From NCBI GenBank assembly GCA_963775295.1, contig CAVZIK010000006.1, forward strand, positions 3,218,829-3,282,828: 64,000 nucleotides of DNA. Direction: 5' to 3'. Every line of letters starts with the position of its first letter. Position 1 is the stretch's first letter. This document shows positions 60,442-64,000 of this stretch, piece by piece. The translations under genes were made by a program, and so were the position numbers. The notes under the pieces were generated by a model, which saw only the letters and a program-made list of their open reading frames with translations, had not been told where the DNA came from and did no database searches. This stretch comes from an uncultured Actinomycetes bacterium (GTDB lineage Bacteria; Actinomycetota; Thermoleophilia; RBG-16-64-13).

Positions 60442-60888
60442 TCAGGCGAGCCGCTCTTGCGCCAATCTGGAGAGATCGAGTAGAGCCTGGCCCCTCTCTG
60501 CGAGGATACCTGCCCAGAAACGCAACAGTTCGCGGCCTGAGAGCTCGACGGTATACCTGCGCCGCTGAGGCCCCGCGACGCCCACTTCCCACGTAGAACT
60601 GACCATGCCTCCCTCTTCGAGTAGCCGCAAGAGGCGATAGACACTGCCCGGGTCAACGTAGACCTGATCTCCGACAAGCTGTTGGACACGCTCTATGAGT
60701 GCGTACCCGTGTCCGCTTTCCTCGACCAACGCTACCAGCAGCGCGGTCTCGATGAGCGAGCGCTTGTGTTCACCAAAGCCCCCGCCGGCGAGGGACGTGG
60801 TATTAGCCGCAGCATCGAGCGCTCGCGGGCCCCTCCCCCCGGCACTCTGTCCCCGGCGGCGGCGCTGGTGTCCCCCTGCCCCGTTCAT
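60442..60888 (-). CDS. PadR-family transcriptional regulator
   Basis: GHGYAL, VDPGSVYRLLRLLEEGG, GPQRRRYTV..SGRE. Start uncertain. Confidence 0.88.
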   Translation of the reverse strand: MNGAGGHQRRRRGQSAGGRGPRALDAAANTTSLAGGGFGEHKRSLIETALLVALVEESGHGYALIERVQQLVGDQVYVDPGSVYRLLRLLEEGGMVSSTWEVGVAGPQRRRYTVELSGRELLRFWAGILAERGQALLDLSRLAQERLA

Positions 60889-60929
60889 AGTGGACCATCG
60901 TGCCCGTGCATGGCGGCACAGCATGGCGG

Positions 60930-61506
60930 ACGCATCAGCACGTGAGTGTCCATGGGCGCGCCCGACGTGTCCGCGATCACCCTGTCGGGTTCGTCGCTGA
61001 GGGACTCGAAGTTGCCCTGTCCTTTGGCGATGATGAGGCCGGACTCCGCGAATCGGCGTCGGGACCCCTCGCCGCAGTCGGCCAGTATTGTTCCCGGCGC
61101 GTCCGAGCCGTTGTCGATTACCTCAACGGTCTCGTCGAGTCCGACGGTGTGGACATCGACGAGGGTGGCATCGTTAAGCACCAAGGTCGCCTCGCACTGC
61201 CACGGCCGGCCGCCGCGGTCCCAGTTGCTCGACCGCTCGATAGAAATCTCCCAGCTCCCCTCCAAGGCACAGACGAACAACAGCGGCCGAGGGGTGATCG
61301 GCCCGATCGTTGCTCGGGACCGAGCGGAGGTATCGATAAATGTGCTGAGCGAATCTCGGCGGCGGTTCTTCCAGATCGTTCTCTCCCATCCACAGCAGCG
61401 CTTCGCGAACAATATCCTCGTGAACGAGTGGCCCGTCCGAGACCGCTCTGGCCGCGTCGAGCGCCTCACGAACGAAGCAGGGGATACAGTCCAAAGAAGA
61501 CCTCAC
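60930..61506 (-). pseudogene. ARMT1/DUF89 damage-control phosphatase, internally deleted and frameshifted
   Basis: N-terminus MRSSLDCIPCFVRE; in another frame LNDAT, IDNGSDAPGT, IAKGQGNFESL. The central part is missing. Confidence 0.8.
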
Positions 61507-61772
61507 GCTTTCCTATCTCCTTCAGGTGCGGTGTATAAGATCCGGCCATCCACGACGGCGGTCGTCACAGTCCCAATCTTGACGAAAGCGTCGAGTTGCT
61601 TCAAGGCTTCGTTCATATGCCTAGGCCGTGCCACATCGGGGCCGTACACGGCCGTCTCCGGAGCAGTCCCTGGCTGGTGGGGATCTTCGGGTGTTTTCAT
61701 CGTGCAGTACCCGTCCCCCTTACCGGTCATGGGGCCACGTCCTCGCGATCCGGTTCCGTCGTATCCAGGCAT
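61503..61772 (-). CDS. DUF5320-like small protein, possibly degenerate
   Basis: MPGYDGTGSRGRGPMTGKGDGYC. RBS AAGGAG. Confidence 0.55.
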   Translation of the reverse strand: MPGYDGTGSRGRGPMTGKGDGYCTMKTPEDPHQPGTAPETAVYGPDVARPRHMNEALKQLDAFVKIGTVTTAVVDGRILYTAPEGDRKA

Positions 61773-61934
61773 CGCAGTGCTCCTTCTTGAATCCGTCGGC
61801 GCGTGTTTGGGTCGGACGGGTACGGTTCCAGCATTTCCCGCGCTGTTCATCTCCTGTCCTTTCACGCCTCAGCCATCGCGGCAACGTCGGACATCAGTTC
61901 GGCGAAGCCGCGATGGACCTGCTTCGAACTTTAT

Positions 61935-62300
61935 CTATTCGGCCGTAGGGCCGGTCTCTAGATCAGAAAGACGCTGTTTCACGAGGTCCAGCTGCATCTG
62001 AAGAGCGTCCGCTTGATTCTTGAGCGATTCCTGGATATGCGGATCGGGTTCACAGTACGAGGCGGGGTATGGGTAGGGAGCGGCATGTCCGGCGGAGCGT
62101 GCCCGCCCGGGCAGGCCGGTGACGCAGAACATGTTGCGCCGGCCCCGACCTCCACCGGCTCCAAAGCCTCGACCGATCCCGTAGCCCCGACCAAAGCCGG
62201 GGCTGGCGTAACCCGGAGTAGCGTCGCCGGCGCAGTGTCCGGCTGCACGGCCGGTCATTGGCCCCATACCGCTGGGTCCTGTTCCATCTACTCGTGGCAT
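61935..62300 (-). CDS. DUF5320 domain protein
   Basis: MPRVDGTGPSGMGPMTGRAAGHCAG, Gly/Arg-rich middle, C-terminal coiled coil. RBS AAGGAGG. Confidence 0.85.
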   Translation of the reverse strand: MPRVDGTGPSGMGPMTGRAAGHCAGDATPGYASPGFGRGYGIGRGFGAGGGRGRRNMFCVTGLPGRARSAGHAAPYPYPASYCEPDPHIQESLKNQADALQMQLDLVKQRLSDLETGPTAE

Positions 62301-62558
62301 CTTAAGGTCCTCCTTTTGCTGTGCTATGTGCGCCAAGGGCTGCCCAATGAGCGCCCGGATAAGGCAACGCCGAGACCACCAGCCAAAGCTCCGGCTCTCT
62401 CGCCGAGGGCACCGCGCGACGCGAGTATATGCGCGGCGACAAACCCGATTACATAGCCGGCGAGCAGGTAGAGCCAAGTCGTGTCACTGATTCTCTCAGC
62501 GGAATGCCGATCTTGCTTGTCCACTGGCACCCCCTTAGGAGCATGGTTTCCTGTATGG

Positions 62559-62750
62559 TCACGACTCCCTAGCCATGGCCGCACCGCACTTGGGGCAAGC
62601 TTTCTGGTTGCACGGCTGTCCGGGCGCGTGAACTTCCCGGTAGCCGCAGGTGGGACAGACACAGGATCCGCCCGGACCGGCGGCTCGAGGTCCGCCCATT
62701 CCGCCTCCGCCGCCTCCCCGAGGAGGTCCGGCCTTGTCGCCCTTGGGCAT
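62559..62750 (-). CDS. Small Gly-rich Cys-cluster (zinc-ribbon-like) protein
   Basis: GPGGSCVCPTCG...H..GQPC...CPKCG..M.R. Confidence 0.8.
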   Translation of the reverse strand: MPKGDKAGPPRGGGGGGMGGPRAAGPGGSCVCPTCGYREVHAPGQPCNQKACPKCGAAMARES

Positions 62751-63157
62751 GATGCGCCTCACTTTCGGTAGAAGGGTTGATAACTGCGCTGTACATCCAC
62801 CTACATCTTAGTGCAACGTAGATGCATTTACCATCTATAATTTGTTCACAGCTACTCTGCCACGAGTGGTCCTCCTTTTCTTTGCCTGTGATCGATAGAG
62901 AGGACTTGGTCATCCGCGGACCGTTCTGAGGACTTCAACGGCGATGCGTCGTGGTTCAGGTCCTTGACATGGATTGTCGCGGCAGGGCTTAGCTCGCCTC
63001 ATAATCTGAATGGGTGAGCCTCCCGCCGATTCGGTCGCGCCGATAGCTGCGGTTCGCAACTCGCCAGTCCGCCGGGAGGCGTGCCCAACTTAGCGCGGCG
63101 TCGTCGCCATCTGACGGCCAAAGTTGCCGACAGCGACAGGCGTCAGAACGTCTCCGA

Positions 63158-63967
63158 CTAGCTGGACTCTTTGATATCCATCCCCATCAGCTCTGCCATC
63201 CTCTGATAACTCTCGGGCGCTCGAGCTCCAGCTTTCATTTCGTGGATCATGGGCAGGCCGGTCATGTTCCCGTCACCTTCGGTGATCTTTCTCATGCCCA
63301 CCATGAACTCGTCGAATCTATGCCCCGGTATCGTAAAGATCATCTCGTCGTCCCCAGCCATGGCGGTGATGTGGTCGCCTCTGCAGGGCACAGCGACCTG
63401 GTATTTGTCTTCCAGAATGGCGGGTACTATCCCATAGACGCAGGCCGCATGTCCCGATAACGCCGTGGGTAGGTTCTTTCCGCTGCCATATTCTCTAGCC
63501 ATTAGCAGAACAACTAACTGGGCTGAATTGCAGTAGATTGTAACCACGTCCGGCTCAAAATTTGCCCTTGCCAAGGGAGCCGAAAGCACACCAATATATT
63601 CCCCGGTCTTCAGCTTGGGGAATTCCTCCGCATACTGTTTCCCAGCTTCCAGCGTTTCCACATCGCCAGGATACCGATTGTAGCCGTCCATGAATTCTTG
63701 GGGAGGCTCTCCCAAGCCATACCCGACGGCGGGCTCGAAACAAGACATGTCTTCCAGAAGCATGGCCATGGTGTAGCCATTCCTCCGCGACAGAGAGAAA
63801 GCCTGGCACAGGTTGTACTGACGATCCTCATCCTTCTTGGGGCGCCGCGCCTCCGGTGGGATATCAGACTCGGACCGCAACAGTTTTATGGCGAGGGGAT
63901 AAGTCTGCAGGCGCAGACATCCTTCCAGTTCGTCGGCCGCTTTGTGCAATTTCTGGAAGTCCATCAC
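63158..63967 (-). CDS. DUF169 domain protein
   Basis: LRLQTYPLAIK, LCQAFSLSRRNG, FEPDVV.IY.N.AQ, HAAC, VPCRGD, DDEMIF.IP. Confidence 0.85.
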   Translation of the reverse strand: MMDFQKLHKAADELEGCLRLQTYPLAIKLLRSESDIPPEARRPKKDEDRQYNLCQAFSLSRRNGYTMAMLLEDMSCFEPAVGYGLGEPPQEFMDGYNRYPGDVETLEAGKQYAEEFPKLKTGEYIGVLSAPLARANFEPDVVTIYCNSAQLVVLLMAREYGSGKNLPTALSGHAACVYGIVPAILEDKYQVAVPCRGDHITAMAGDDEMIFTIPGHRFDEFMVGMRKITEGDGNMTGLPMIHEMKAGARAPESYQRMAELMGMDIKESS

Positions 63968-64000
63968 GATCTTGATCCCTCTTTTCCGATTGGGTGTGGG

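Noticed and set aside
60946-62001. 351-aa + strand ORF spanning the ARMT1/DUF5320 region
   Set aside because: Ser/Arg/Pro-rich antisense frame; the minus strand carries the recognisable genes.

Overview
High-GC (roughly 60-65% by eye) bacterial window, probably from an actinobacterium-like anaerobe or microaerophile. The lineage is an inference from leaderless genes, Ser/Thr-rich linkers and anaerobic oxidoreductases. It reads as a stress and accessory island. Contents: catalase; KdpDE divergent from a stand-alone KimA cytoplasmic-domain gene plus kimA; glutaredoxin, glutamate decarboxylase, peroxiredoxin, OsmC and CopZ; a large Rsb-type partner-switching cluster (3 STAS, 2 RsbW-like and 2 PP2C domains in unusual fusions); an intact IS256 with a 9-bp target duplication; a pyrogallol-transhydroxylase-like Mo enzyme pair; a ppa-gnd-pgm-xfp-fba-pgi-H+ATPase-zwf cluster; an OYE-family oxidoreductase; a Zur-type zinc ABC operon; and many decayed gene remnants. 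No rRNA, tRNA or CRISPR array was seen. The best candidates for something new are (1) the KdpDE / free KimA-CTD / KimA potassium module, (2) a ~300-nt multi-stem non-coding RNA candidate at 12200-12520, and (3) the partner-switching fusions with a recurring SigB/SigF-like promoter motif. All family assignments come from motif recognition by eye, not database searches.
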